The notes under the pieces are model-generated. The model made no database searches and was not told where the DNA came from. It worked only from the letters and a program-made list of their open reading frames with translations. From Centroscyllium fabricii (Eukaryota), in the NCBI GenBank assembly GCA_051313645.2, contig JBNRSN020000012.1:30132001-30196000 (forward strand): 64,000 nt of DNA. Direction: 5' to 3'. Position numbers and translations under genes: made by a program. How positions within the stretch are numbered: the first letter of the stretch is position 1; every line of letters starts with the position of its first letter. Positions 24,278 to 35,765 of the stretch are shown here, piece after piece.

Positions 24278-24889
24278 CAAGATGGCGGCGCGTGTACACG
24301 CAGCGGCTTTGCGTCTCCCGGGATGATGCTGTCCGCTGGTAGTTCCGGGTTTGTTCACTCGGCGGGGGCGGCGTGTTAGTGCACTGAGGCCAGTGCAACG
24401 GACTTGTTGGAGCAACGGGATGTCTGCAGTGGGGATGCACCGAGGCGTGGTCTCTGAGGAGCGCCAGTGTTTGTGTGGTCTCCGAGGTCGGAGTGCCGGA
24501 GGTCGGCAAGTTCGGAGCACCGGGGCCTGCAGAGTCGGAGTGCCGGTGCCTGCGTGGATCCCGAGGTGGTCGTGGCGTCAGAGGTCAGCGAGTTCGGAGC
24601 GCCGGAGGTCGGCGAGTTCAGAGCACTGGGGCCTGCAGAGTCGGAGTGCCGGTGCCTGCGTGGTCACCGAGGTGGTCGTAGCGTCGGGGGTCGGCGAGTT
24701 CGAAGCGCCAGAGCCTGCGTGGTCGGAGCACCAGGGCCAACATGGAGTTGAACAGTCTGGGACTTGAAGCTATGGACATTTTAACATCTGCATCGTTTTT
24801 TGGGTAGTTTGCAAGTATGCATTTCGTTGTATTGTGTTTCACTATGCAATGACAATAAAGTTGAATCTAATAATCTAATCTAATCTAAT
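24278..24889 (+). mobile_element. Non-autonomous non-LTR element with Rex1-type tail (copy 1)
   Basis: Starts CAAGATGGCGGCG, internal GC-rich tandem repeats, ends CAATGACAATAAAGTTGAA(TCTAA)n; second copy at 59717-60268. Confidence 0.75.
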
Positions 24890-26475
24890 CTCAGCCGAGG
24901 ACAGGCGTTTAGAAAAATAGGCACAGGGATGTAGCTTTTGGTCGGAAGCAGAATGTTGGGACCGAATAGCCCCTACTCCAACATCAGATGCATCCACCTC
25001 TACCACGAACTGCTGATCCGGATCAGGCACCTGGAGAATGGGAGCAGAGGTGAACCGGGACCTGAGACCTCGAAAAGCCTCCTCCGCTGCAGAAGACCAC
25101 AGAAACGGCACCTTAGAGGAGGTAAGGGCTGATAACGGAGCTGCTACCGTGCTGTAACCGCGAATGAACCTTCGATAGAAGTTAGCGAACCCCAGGAACC
25201 GCTGTAGCTGTTTACGTGTCTCCGGAATAGGCCAAGACGCGACAGCTGACACCTTCTCTGGATCGATCTGCACGCTCCCCTGCGCAATGATGTACCCCAA
25301 GAAAGATACGGTAGTGACGTGAAACTCACACTTCTCCGCCTTCACAAATAACGAGTTCTCAAGAAGCCGTTGCAGGACAGTCTGGACATGGTGAACATGC
25401 TCCTCATGAGACTTAGAAAAAATCAAAATGTCGTCCATGTAAACGAACACAAACTGGTTCAGCATGTCTCTTAACACGTCATTCACCAAGGCTTGGAATA
25501 CCGCCGGGGCGTTGGTTAACCCGAACGGCATTATGAGGTATTCATAATGACCAGAGGGAGTGTTGAAAGCTGTCTTCCATTCATCGCCCTCTCGGATCCG
25601 GACCAGGTGATAGGTGTTACGAAGGTCAAGCTTGGTAAAGATGATCGCCCCCTGTAGCAACTCAAAAGCAGAAGAGATGAGAGGAAGAGGATACCGGTTC
25701 TTTATCGTGATGTCATTTAGACCCCTGTAGTCGATGCATGGTCGCAGCGACCCGTCCTTCTTACCAACAAAAAAGAATCCAGCCCCAGCAGGTGATGAAG
25801 AGGAACGGATGATCCCCGCCGCCATAGAGTCGCTGATGTACGTTTCCATGGCTTCCCTCTCAGGTGCAGACAAGGAATACAGGCGTCCCTTGGGTGGGGA
25901 AGACCCTGGCAGCAGATCAATGGCGCAGTCATAGGGGCGATGTGGAGGCAGCGACGTGACTCTAGCCTTGCTGAATACCTCCCTAAAATCGTGGTATTCA
26001 GTGGGGACCACCGAAAGATCTGGAGCGGGAAGAGGTGTTAATGGCTGTCGGGAGACGGTAGCCTGTTTCAGACAGACCTGGTGACAGGAGGAACTCCACC
26101 CCAGAATAGTTCCCGTGTTCCAGTCAATGTGGGGGTTGTGGCGGCGAAGCCAAGTGTGTCCCAGAATCAAAGGAAGCCGAGGTGATTTCAGGATATGAAA
26201 CTGAATACTTTCATAATGATTACCAGACATAAGCATGTGAACCGGTGATGTCTGATGTGTCACCGTTCCCAGGAGGTGACCATCGAGGGCGTTGGCAGGA
26301 ACCGGCTGCGGCAGTGGAACCCGGTCAATCTCCAGCTGTGTGACAAGATCCTCATCAATAATGTTAACGTTGGCTCCAGAGTCAATAAAGGTGGCGAGAA
26401 TCTGGGATCCACTGGGAAGAAGAAGTCTGGCCTGGCACAAGGGTCGTTGATTGGGAGAGAGTCTTGTAGGAGTTC

Positions 26476-26509
26476 GGCTCACCAGTACGACCCCATCTAC
26501 TGGTGAGCC
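26476..26509 (-). promoter_or_regulatory. Putative gag-pol -1 frameshift stimulatory hairpin
   Basis: 12-bp stem GGCTCACCAGTA/TACTGGTGAGCC covering the gag stop; pol is in the -1 frame, overlapping the gag end. Confidence 0.6.
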
Positions 26510-27067
26510 CGGCCTTTTGCTGGGCATCGGGAAACAAAATGGCCGTCCTGGCCACAGTACAGACAGAGATTCCCCTGGCGGCGTCGTTCATGCTCCTCCA
26601 ATGAGAGACTGGTGCGACCCAACTGCATCGGTTCGGGCCCCACTGACTGTGACCTTGCTGTCGCAGTAGACCTGCGTGCCATGAAAATCTCTTGAGACCG
26701 TTTCGGAGGAGGTCGACCAGTCGTTCCCAGTCGTCTCTCACGTCGACGCGCCTGGATACGGAGGTCAATCCTGGTGGCAAGACTAATTAGTTCATCCAGG
26801 GTGGAAGGGAAATCATAGGAGACCAGTTCATCCTTGATGTACTCTGCAACTCCATGGAGAAAAATGTCGCATAATGCAGCAGAGTTCCAATCACTCTGAT
26901 GAGCTCTGATTCGGAAATCTATGGAATAGTCGGCCGCTGTCTGATTACCCTGGCTCAGATTCATGAGTCCCTGAGCTGCTTCAGAGCCGTAGGTCACCAT
27001 GCCGAACACCTTTCTTAATTCGATGGCAAACCTCTGGAAGGAAGAGCAAGCCAGAGTCTCTCTCTCC

Positions 27068-30000
27068 TGTGAAAAACCATTTATCACTTGTATATAGTAG
27101 CTATCATGTATTACGATGTAACCATGTAAATACCTGTACTATGATACGATGACTGGGACATGCCCAGGTTAGCTCCGCCCATAACTCCTCCCTCCCTGGA
27201 GGAGGTATATAAGTGACTGCTCCCATCCCCCCAGCCATACCTGGGGACAGTCAACTAGCTGGTGCATGTTCCAGTGTAGTTAATAAAAGCCTATTGTTTC
27301 TTCAACTAACTACTCGCTTCCGAGGCCGTTATTTCAGGTCACAATTTTATTAACTACTTTTCTGAAGATGGAGACTATGCTCAAGCCGGCGACGTTCGAG
27401 TTGGATCCCCGATCACCAGGAGCATCAAATGCCTTTACACACTGGCACAGTGTCTTCGATGGATACCTCAGAGCAAACGCAGTGGTCGTGGTGACCGATG
27501 AGCACAAACGGCGGCTCCTCAACGCCCGGGTGGGCCCTCAAGTGTACTCTATGATTGTGGACGCCTCATCTTTCCAGGATGCCATCAGGATTCTCAAAAC
27601 TGAGTACAATCGGGCACCTAATATTGTTCACGCTAGGCATATCCTTGCCACCAGAAAACAGCAACCCGGTGAGTCAAGCGTGGAGTTCCTAAGAGCTCTT
27701 AGAATACTGTCGCGGGACTGTGACTGCAGGGCGCTAACGGCCCCTGTTCATGCTGACTGCCTCATTAGAGACGCTTATGTAACAGGCCTCAGGTCAGATT
27801 ATGTGAGACAGAGACTGCTGGAGCAAAACGGTGCTGACCTGCAGGCAACTGTGGATCTGGGGCATGCGCTGGATATGGCCTAAATGAACTTGTCATCGTA
27901 CTCGAGTACATATACGGGCCCAGCCCCCCAATCTTGGATAACGCCGGCGCAACGACCGGCAGAAGAATTAATTGCAGCTGCCCACGCGAAAACGGCAGCA
28001 AAATGTTACTTTTGTGGGCAGTCTCAGCACCCGAGACGTAACTGCCCTGTCAGAGAAGCGGCCTGCTCGAAATGTGGGAAGAAAGGACATTACTCAAAGG
28101 TCTGTAAAGCGACCACCACAAAATCGAAACCGGGCAGCGCCGCGTGTGGAACATGGGAGCAGCCATATTGGGCTCACCCATCCCCCACCCAGCACCCCTC
28201 GTGGCAGCAGTCGCCATATTGGACTCACCCTCCCCCTCCACAGTACACCGCATGGCAGCAGCCATCTTGTGGACCGGCCCTGGAGGACTACTCGCCAGAT
28301 CAACATGACTCGGAGGACCCGATTTTAGCATCAATGACCATCGACCAGGACAAGACGCAACCGCTGGAAAAATCAATGATGCCAGTGGAAGTTAACGGCC
28401 AAGAGGTGGTGTGCCTGTTCGACAGCGGGAGCACAGTAAGTTTTATAAACCCTAACACTGTAAAGCGCCTCTCCCTCAAAGTTATCCCTGCGCGCCAGAG
28501 AATATCTATGGCTTCAAAGTCTGAATCTGCTGACGTCACCGGGCGCTGCGTTGTAGTACTTAATGTCCAGGGCGCAATGTTTAATGATTTTAGTTTTTAC
28601 GTGCTGCCGCAGCTCTGCGCCCCCTTACTCCTGGGACTGGATTCCCAGTGCCATCTCCAGAGCGTTACTATGGCGTTCGGTGGACCCCTTCCCTCACTCA
28701 CGGTCAGAAATCGCAGCCCAACGCTGTACTCCCAACACACTACCTGTGGCCTCTCGACCCTTAAGGTTGCCCCCCCATCCATCTTTGCCAACCTCACCCC
28801 AGACTGCAAGCCCGTCGCCACCAAGAGTAGGCGCTACAGTGCTGGGGACATGGCATTTATAAAATCTGAGGTGCAGCGCCTCCTAAAAGAGGGGGTAATA
28901 GAGGCCAGTAATAGCCCCTGGAGAGCGCAGGTAGTGGTAGTAAAAACCGGGGAGAAGAACCGGATGGTTGTGGACTACAGCCAGACCATAAACCAGTTCA
29001 CCCAACTAGATGCCTACCCCCTCCCCCGGATAGCGGACATGGTGAACCAAATCGCCCAATTTAAAGTGTTCTCAACGATTGACCTAAAATCTGCTTATCA
29101 CCAGCTTCCCATCCGCACAGAGGACCGTCTCTATACTGCCTTTGAGGCTGACGGTCGCCTCTACCACTTCCTTAGGGTTCCGTTTGGTGTCACGAATGGG
29201 GTCTCGGTCTTCCAAAGGGAGATGGACCGAATGGTTGATCGGTACGGGCTGCGAGCCACTTTCCCGTACCTCGATAATGTGACCATCTGCGGCCATGATC
29301 AGCAGGACCATGACGCCAATCTCCAAAAATTTCTCCACACAGCCAAAACGCTGAACCTAACTTACAACACAGATAAATGTGTATTCAGCACAGGTCGCTT
29401 GGCCATCCTCGGCAGCGTTGTGGAGAATGGGGTCATCGGTCCAGACCCGGACCGCATGCGCCCCCTCATGGAGCTTCCCCTCCCCCACTCCCCCAAAGCC
29501 CTTAAACGGTGTTTGGGATTTTTCGCCTACTATGCCCAGTGGGTCCCTAATTATGCGGACAAAGCTCGCCCACTACTCAAATCGACCTCTTTTCCCCTTT
29601 CTGCAGAAGCCAACTCGGCGTTCTGCAGAATTAAAAACGATATTGCCAAAGCCACGATGCACGCTGTAGATGAGTCCGTCCCATTCCAAGTGGAAAGCGA
29701 TGCATCGGACTTTGCCCTGGCCGCCACCCTTAACCAGGCGGGCAGACCCGTGGCCTTCTTTTCACGTACCCTCCAAGGCCCCGAAACCCGTCACTCCTCA
29801 GTTGAGAAGGAGGCCCAGGCCATTGTTGAAGCAGTGCGGCACTGGAAGCACTACCTGGCCGGCAAACGTTTTACCCTGTTGACTGACCAACGATCAGTCG
29901 CATTCATGTTCAACAACAAGGAACGGGGTAAAATAAAGAACGACAAGATATTAAGGTGGAGAATTGAACTCTCTGCGTTCAATTACGATATCTTGTACCG

Positions 30001-31780
30001 GCCCGGGATATTTAACGAACCCCCAGATGCCCTATCCCGCAGTACCTGTGCCAGCGCACAGGCTGACCATCTCCAAACCCTTCACAATGACATCTGCCAC
30101 CCGGGGGTCACCAGGTTGGTTCACTTTGTGAAGTCCCGCAACCTCCCCTACTCTATCGAGGAGGTCAAGACCCTGACCAGCAATTGCCAGGTCTGCGCAG
30201 AATGCAAGCCGCACTTCTACCGGCCAGACCGGGCGCACTTGATCAAGGCCACTCGCCCCTTTGAACGACTCAGTGTCGATTTCAAAGGGCCCCTTCCCTC
30301 ATCAAATAGGAATGTGTACTTCCTTAATGTCATAGATGAGTACTCCCGCTTCCCCTTCGCCATTCCCTGCCAGGACATGACCTCCGCCACCGTCATCAAA
30401 GCCCTCAATAGCATCTTCTCCCTGTTCGGCTATCCCAACTATATCCATAGTGACCGGGGGGCCTCTTTTATGAGTGACGAGCTGCGTCAGTTTCTGCTAG
30501 CGAAAGGCATCGCGACTAGCAGGACTACCAGCTACAACCCCCGGGGGAACGGACAGGTAGAGAGGGAGAACGCCACCGTCTGGAAGGCCATCCAATTAGC
30601 CCTACGGTCTAAAGGCCTCCCAGTCACCCGCTGGCAGGATGTTCTCCCTGAAGTGCTCCACTCTATCCGGTCCCTCCTGTGTACTGCCACTAATGCCACC
30701 CCTCACGAACGACTTTTTGCCTTCCCCAGGAAGTCGGCTTCCGGGACCTCGCTACCATCGTGGCTACTATCCCCGGGACCGGTCCTACTACGGAAGCACG
30801 TGAGGGGACACAAGGCAAATTCCCTAGTCGAACGGGTCCACCTCCTGCACGCCAATCCCCAGTACGCATACGTAGCGTACCCCGACGGGAGGGAGGACAC
30901 CATGTCCATAAAGGACCTGGCCCCAGCAGGAGTCCCCAAACCCTGTCCCGCTCAGCAGCCCAAGCACCCAAGAAGCCCCGCTCAGCAGCCCGCGCACAAA
31001 TGAAACCCCGCTCAGCAGCCTGCGCCCCCAAAACGTCCTGTGACGCTCCCCCAGCCACCGACGCCAGGGTACGCTCCCCAGCACGTGGACCCAGTACCCC
31101 AGTACGCCCGCACGGCACCTGCGTGCAGCACAGCGTGGCCTCCAGCTTGGATCCACAGAGCGCGCCCCCTAGAGTCAGAGGACGAAGGAGAGAGCGCGCC
31201 CCCTGCTGTCAGAACAAGGGCATCACCGCCACCCAGAAGTAGCGTTACAACAGCAACAGCTACCGTCCATCAACCGGCGCCGGCACCACTACAGCAACCG
31301 ACACGGCCAGCCACGCCGCGACCACGAACACCACAGGCACCACCAGCAGTGCGAAGATCGACGCGGATATCCAAACCACCTGCAAGACTTAACATGTAGC
31401 TGAAAGAACTTTTATTGTTTATTAAAAATTAAAAACATTTTTTTTTCTTTTTTCACTCACTGGCCGTTCACCCCGCCGGACTTTTGTTTTAAAGAAGTGG
31501 TGAATGTGATAAACCATTTATCACTTGTATATAGTAGCTATCATGTATTACGATGTAACCATGTAAATACCTGTACTATGATATGATGACTGGGACATGC
31601 CCAGGTTAGCTCCGCCCATAACTCCTCCCTCCCTGGAGGAGGAATATAAGTGACTGCTCCCATCCCCCCAGCCATACCTGGGGACAGTCAACTAGCTGGT
31701 GCATGTTCCAGTGTAGTTAATAAAAGCCTATTGTTTCTTCAACTAACTACTCACTTCCGAGGCCGTTATTTCAGGTCACA
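27068..31780 (+). mobile_element. Full-length Ty3/Gypsy LTR retrotransposon, Mag-like (element 2), nested in the chromovirus gag
   Basis: 276-bp LTRs 27068-27343 and 31505-31780 (4 differences by eye); 5-bp TSD TCTCC. Confidence 0.95.
27368..31399 (+). pseudogene. gag-pol: Gag-Pol polyprotein of element 2, nearly intact
   Basis: ORFs 27368-27883 and 27884-31003 are in frame across one TAA; all PR/RT(YLDN)/RH/IN motifs present; proline-rich C-terminus ending RRSTRISKPPARL. Confidence 0.92.
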
Positions 31781-32200
31781 TCTCCCACTCGGCGGTTCCC
31801 CAGAGGCGAGCTCTTCCTGTAAGGTGGTTAATAGCAAAGGCTACCCTTGCCGCCTCATTGGCAAAGGTGTGGGGCTGCAATGCAAAAAGAATGGAACAGT
31901 TTGTGAGGAAGGGATTGCATTCCTCAGGTTCACCGGCATAACGCTCCGGGACCCCGACCCGGGGTTCTGGTGTGAGGCCTTGTGGGTGAGGCATGGATGC
32001 CGACACCGATGCTGGAGCAAGAACTGGTGGTGGTGGGATCCCTTCCGCGTCCTTAGCTGCCCGTTGGATCAGGGCGGCGGTTAGCTGCTCCAATTGAGCA
32101 AATAGCTTCCCCAAGGCCTGCCCCTGGTGCCTTAGGGCACACTCAACCTGTGCAAGATGATTCGGTGTGTCTGCTGGGTCCATTTCTGGCCAGATCATTC

Positions 32201-32707
32201 TGTAACGGTTGTAGGTTGGGCCCAAATGCAATACACCGAAAACAGCATACGTAGAAGTAAACTCCTTTATTTCTGAGCAGTAGAAGACATAGCTAACAGT
32301 GGGTCAATATATCGGCAGAAAGTTCACGGAGGCAACAAGTCCAAAACAGAGTTCAGGCAGAAGAGAATCCAAATACCAAAAACAGGTCAATACCGGGTAG
32401 TCCGTCCACGAGAGCGACAAATCCAAAACGAGGTCAGGCAGAAGAGAATCCAAATTCCAGAAAGCAGGTCAGTATCTCGAACAGGCAGGATCAGAGAGCT
32501 AAGAACTACACACAGGTATCACAGTCAGAAAGAACAAACGATCTGGCAACCACTAGGCAGAAAGCAGGAGCTTATATACAGCTCTTGATTATCACTGGTG
32601 AATCTGGGCTGTTCAATCAGGTGCGGGCAGTAGAGCTAACGAGGTGATAACCAGTTAAAGGGGAAGAGCCAACCTATGAGTTAAAGGGGAAGAGCCAACC
32701 TATGACA
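32201..32707 (-). repeat. 5' LTR of the chromovirus
   Basis: TATATAA (minus strand) near 32572-32578; followed by the self-complementary PBS. Confidence 0.95.
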
Positions 32708-33145
32708 ACTTTCACCTTCAAGGCATTGAAGGACCTGTAGCAGAATGCCTTCCAGGCCTTCAACACCCTGGAGGTGTAAGTGACTCCCTTGTCTGAAGAG
32801 CAGCTGTGGAGAAAACCTTCCAGAAACGTACCTGACAGATGAGTGGAAATGCTTCACAGAGAGACGGCCCCTAACTGTGAGCTTTCTAGTGAGTTCTTAG
32901 ACCTGACACTCAACCCACTTGGGCTTTGAGATTGGTTGCTCCATTGTGATGTCACCATGCACTATTTCCATAGAAACAAACAACACGCAGTCCTTACTCC
33001 GTCAATCAAACCTATGGCTGTCAACTGCAGCTCCGCCGTTTTCTGACTGGAATCACTCAATTGGCAGGGGCTCTGACACGTGTGCAATTAATTGGCCAAT
33101 TAAGCCAAAATTGCGTGGGGCTCCCAGGTCCTTGAACATTCGGGG

Positions 33146-34003
33146 GGGGGGGATTTTGCTGGAAGGGTGGGAACCTGGCGGGGATTGGTCTGGGCCGCCT
33201 CCGGCCCCGCCCGCCCAAACAGCTGGGAAGGCCATGCAATTTTAGTTTAATTAGATTGTTAAATCGCCGTCGGCGGCAGCGGGAGGTAATTAGGTCAATC
33301 GAGCCGGGCTGCAGCGGAGCTGCGAGCAGTTTGATTGACAGTTCCAGCGCTGGTTGTTGTCAGGTCCCATGGAAACACTCCACTGTGACATGAACTCACC
33401 AATGGCCACTGAGCTTCTGCCTCCCCTTCACAGGCCTAGGTACCCAACCTCCGTGAATCCCGTGCTCCTGCAGTTTAAGTCAAAAGTTGGCATTAAAAAC
33501 ACTCTTAGAGGTCTCTCAACAAGCATTTAATGATTTGAATGAGGTCGCCTCTGAGGGTGCCGGTTAGTTCGCCCAGTAAGTGGAGAGGAGTGGAGCCAAT
33601 GGGAAAGGCCAAGCGCTGGTGACTGACAGGTGGGCAGGCGGGCTCAGAATCCCTCACAACTCCCAGCGGCTGTGAGGACATGCTCAGAACTGAGATTTCT
33701 CAGTTTCTGCTAACAGCTGCTGGTGCAGGCAGAACGGAGTTACTTACTAAGGTGCTGGAGGCATGCAGCATGTCCTTCACACCTTAAAGGAGAAATTAAT
33801 AAATGCAAGACGTCACAAAGCACCAGGTTATAGTCCAACAGTAATAACCAGCGCTGTGCTCCCGCTGAGTTTCACCCAGTGGGGTTTAAGGTGGCGGGGT
33901 TAGGGCGGCAAACAGGACAAAATGGCTGAGGGCCCTTAAAATGTCAGAAACCTGACCCACCCAAATCCCGCCAGCTTCTCACACCTTTGCAAAAATCCCC
34001 CCC
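33146..34003. mobile_element. Harbinger-type MITE with captured fragments
   Basis: GGGGGGATTTTGC...GCAAAAATCCCCCC; body similar to 35009-35765; inserts at 33390-33579 and ~33805-33845. Confidence 0.65.
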
Positions 34004-35008
34004 ATGCACTTTATTTTCATTTTTGATTAAGTGTTAGGTAGACACATTAATGTGTGCCCACATTAGAACGTCAACTTTTCTAAGTCGCAGCATGCCAGAT
34101 GTAATGCAGGGGTGTGAAGTTCCCTTCTGCTAACACCAACCCTGAAAATGCACCCCTAGCGTGAAGGATTTTAGTCCAGTCCAGTGCAGTGCTCATCCGC
34201 AATAGATTCCTCTGCTCGATGGCAAAGTTACTTTAAAGAAATATGAAGGAAAGTGTGAATGTCAGTCATTATATATGTTCATTCCTGCATTTTGAAATGT
34301 TAGGCCTTTGTTAATATATTCTGTGCCCAAGGAATTGATTCAATTTTCTTCATCTCTCAAGGAATATTTTAATAAGCCCTAAAATGCTGGACACAGGCAG
34401 GATTTCCAAACAGAATTCATTTCTGTTCTTTCATTTTAAATGCAGAAAGGAAAACTATTGATTTTATTTTATTTGAATGTAAATGACTCTTTATACAATT
34501 CCTTGCTTAAATGAATGAATATTTGGAAATTAAGGCGATTAAAATACTAGTTCCTTTTTAATGAAGCTTTTCGGTCACAGAAAATATGAGTAATCTGATT
34601 AGGCATTCAGGCTGCCCTTTCCATCTTTGCTTACATTAACTGGGTACAAAGCAGCCGGGTGCAGATTAGAGTTTAAGTGTGGATTACTAGATAAAGCCTG
34701 GTCCAAGCGGGGTTACTATGAAGCAGAGCGAGAGAAAGTGAGCTGGATTTACCCTCCACCTTATTTATTTGTTTAAAACTCCACCTTTGGCCACATTATT
34801 CTTGTTGTCTTGTTCTCTGAGTTACAGTTGCCTTATTAAAGTCATCGGGGAGGAGAAATAAACATATGGAGAGCGTGTACAAGGGGTAGAGAACGTGAGG
34901 AAGACAGAATTAAATGAAACCCAGTGAACAGTTTGAAAATAATAACAGAAAATGCTGGAAATGCTCAGCAAGCCAGGCAGCATCCGCGGAGAGAGAAACA
35001 GAGTTAAT

Positions 35009-35765
35009 GGGGGGGATTTCGCCGGAAGGGCGGGAACCTGGCGGGGAGTGGTCTGGGCGGCTTCCGGTCCCGCCCGCCCAAACAGCTGGGAAGGCCACGC
35101 AATTTTAGTTTAATTAGGTTGCTAAATCCACGCTGGCGGCAGCGGGAGGTAATTAGGTCAATCGAGTCGGGCTGCATCGGGGCTGCGAGGAGTTTGATTG
35201 ACAGTTCCAGCACTGGTTGTTGACAGTTCCCATGGAAACACTCCACTGTGACATCACAGTCGAGTGGAACCAATGGGAAAGGTCAAGTGCTGGTGACTGA
35301 CAGGTGGGCGGGCGGGCTCCGAATCTTTGACAGCTCGGCACCGGCTGTGAGGAAATGGGCAAAGCTGAGATTTCTCAGTTTCTGCTCACAGCTGCTGCAG
35401 CCAGCACGGAGTTACTTACTCCTGTAAGGTGCTGGCGGCATGCCAAGCATTTGGCAGCATGTCCTTCACACCTAGAGGGAGAAAGTAACAACCAGCGCTG
35501 CACTTCCGCTGGGTTTCACCCAGTGGGGTTAAAGGTGACGGGGTTAGGGTGGGAAACAGGGCAAAATTGCTGAGGGCCTTTAAATTGGCATTAAAGTTGC
35601 CAATTAAGGACCCTTAACGAGGTGACAACCCATCCCCGCCGGCCGGCGGTGGGAAGGTTTCAGGGCGGGGAATCTGGGTGGGGGAAAATGAGAAAGCGGC
35701 GGGGGAGGTCGGGACCCGCCGGGTCCGCCAAAAACCCCGCCTCACAGGGGCATGAAATTCCCCCC
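35009..35765. mobile_element. Harbinger-type MITE
   Basis: GGGGGGATTTC...GAAATTCCCCCC; inverted sister copy at 55151-55946. Confidence 0.75.

Larger units (their letters stand above)
22423..26527 (-). pseudogene. pol: Chromovirus Pol (PR-RT-RNaseH-IN-chromodomain), interrupted
   Basis: IDSGA, YMDD, VDASD, HHCC-like, [32 protein letters not shown]; insertion at 24278-24889 and a frameshifting duplication near 23165-23215. Confidence 0.9.
26497..32183 (-). pseudogene. gag: Chromovirus Gag (PEG10/sushi-like), split by element 2 (32183-31781 + 27067-26497)
   Basis: MDPAD..PERYAGEPEEC..LTGRARLW | ..[30 protein letters not shown]. Confidence 0.9.
21832..32707 (-). mobile_element. Full-length sushi/Tf1-like chromovirus LTR retrotransposon
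   Basis: 507-bp near-identical LTRs 21832-22338 and 32201-32707; PPT GAGGGGGGGTTC; flanking duplication ACTTTC; gag, pol and chromodomain. Confidence 0.95.
21497..33145. mobile_element. Harbinger-type MITE split by the chromovirus
   Basis: GGGCGATTTTC start; sequence on both sides of the LTR element is contiguous in the sister copies at 51297 and 57159 (GGTCACTTTCACCTTC). Confidence 0.65.

Noticed and set aside
24280-24520. Novel N-terminal domain of the 442-aa ORF 23192-24520
   Set aside because: Chance read-through from the antisense strand of the inserted non-autonomous element into RNase H/integrase
24480-24740. CRISPR-like or coding repeat array
   Set aside because: Imperfect tandem repeats with no unique spacers, inside a eukaryotic retroelement
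27881-27883. In-frame TAA in element 2 gag as a programmed readthrough site
   Set aside because: Element 1 has a sense codon (TCG) at the same position and it lies mid-Gag; simple nonsense mutation
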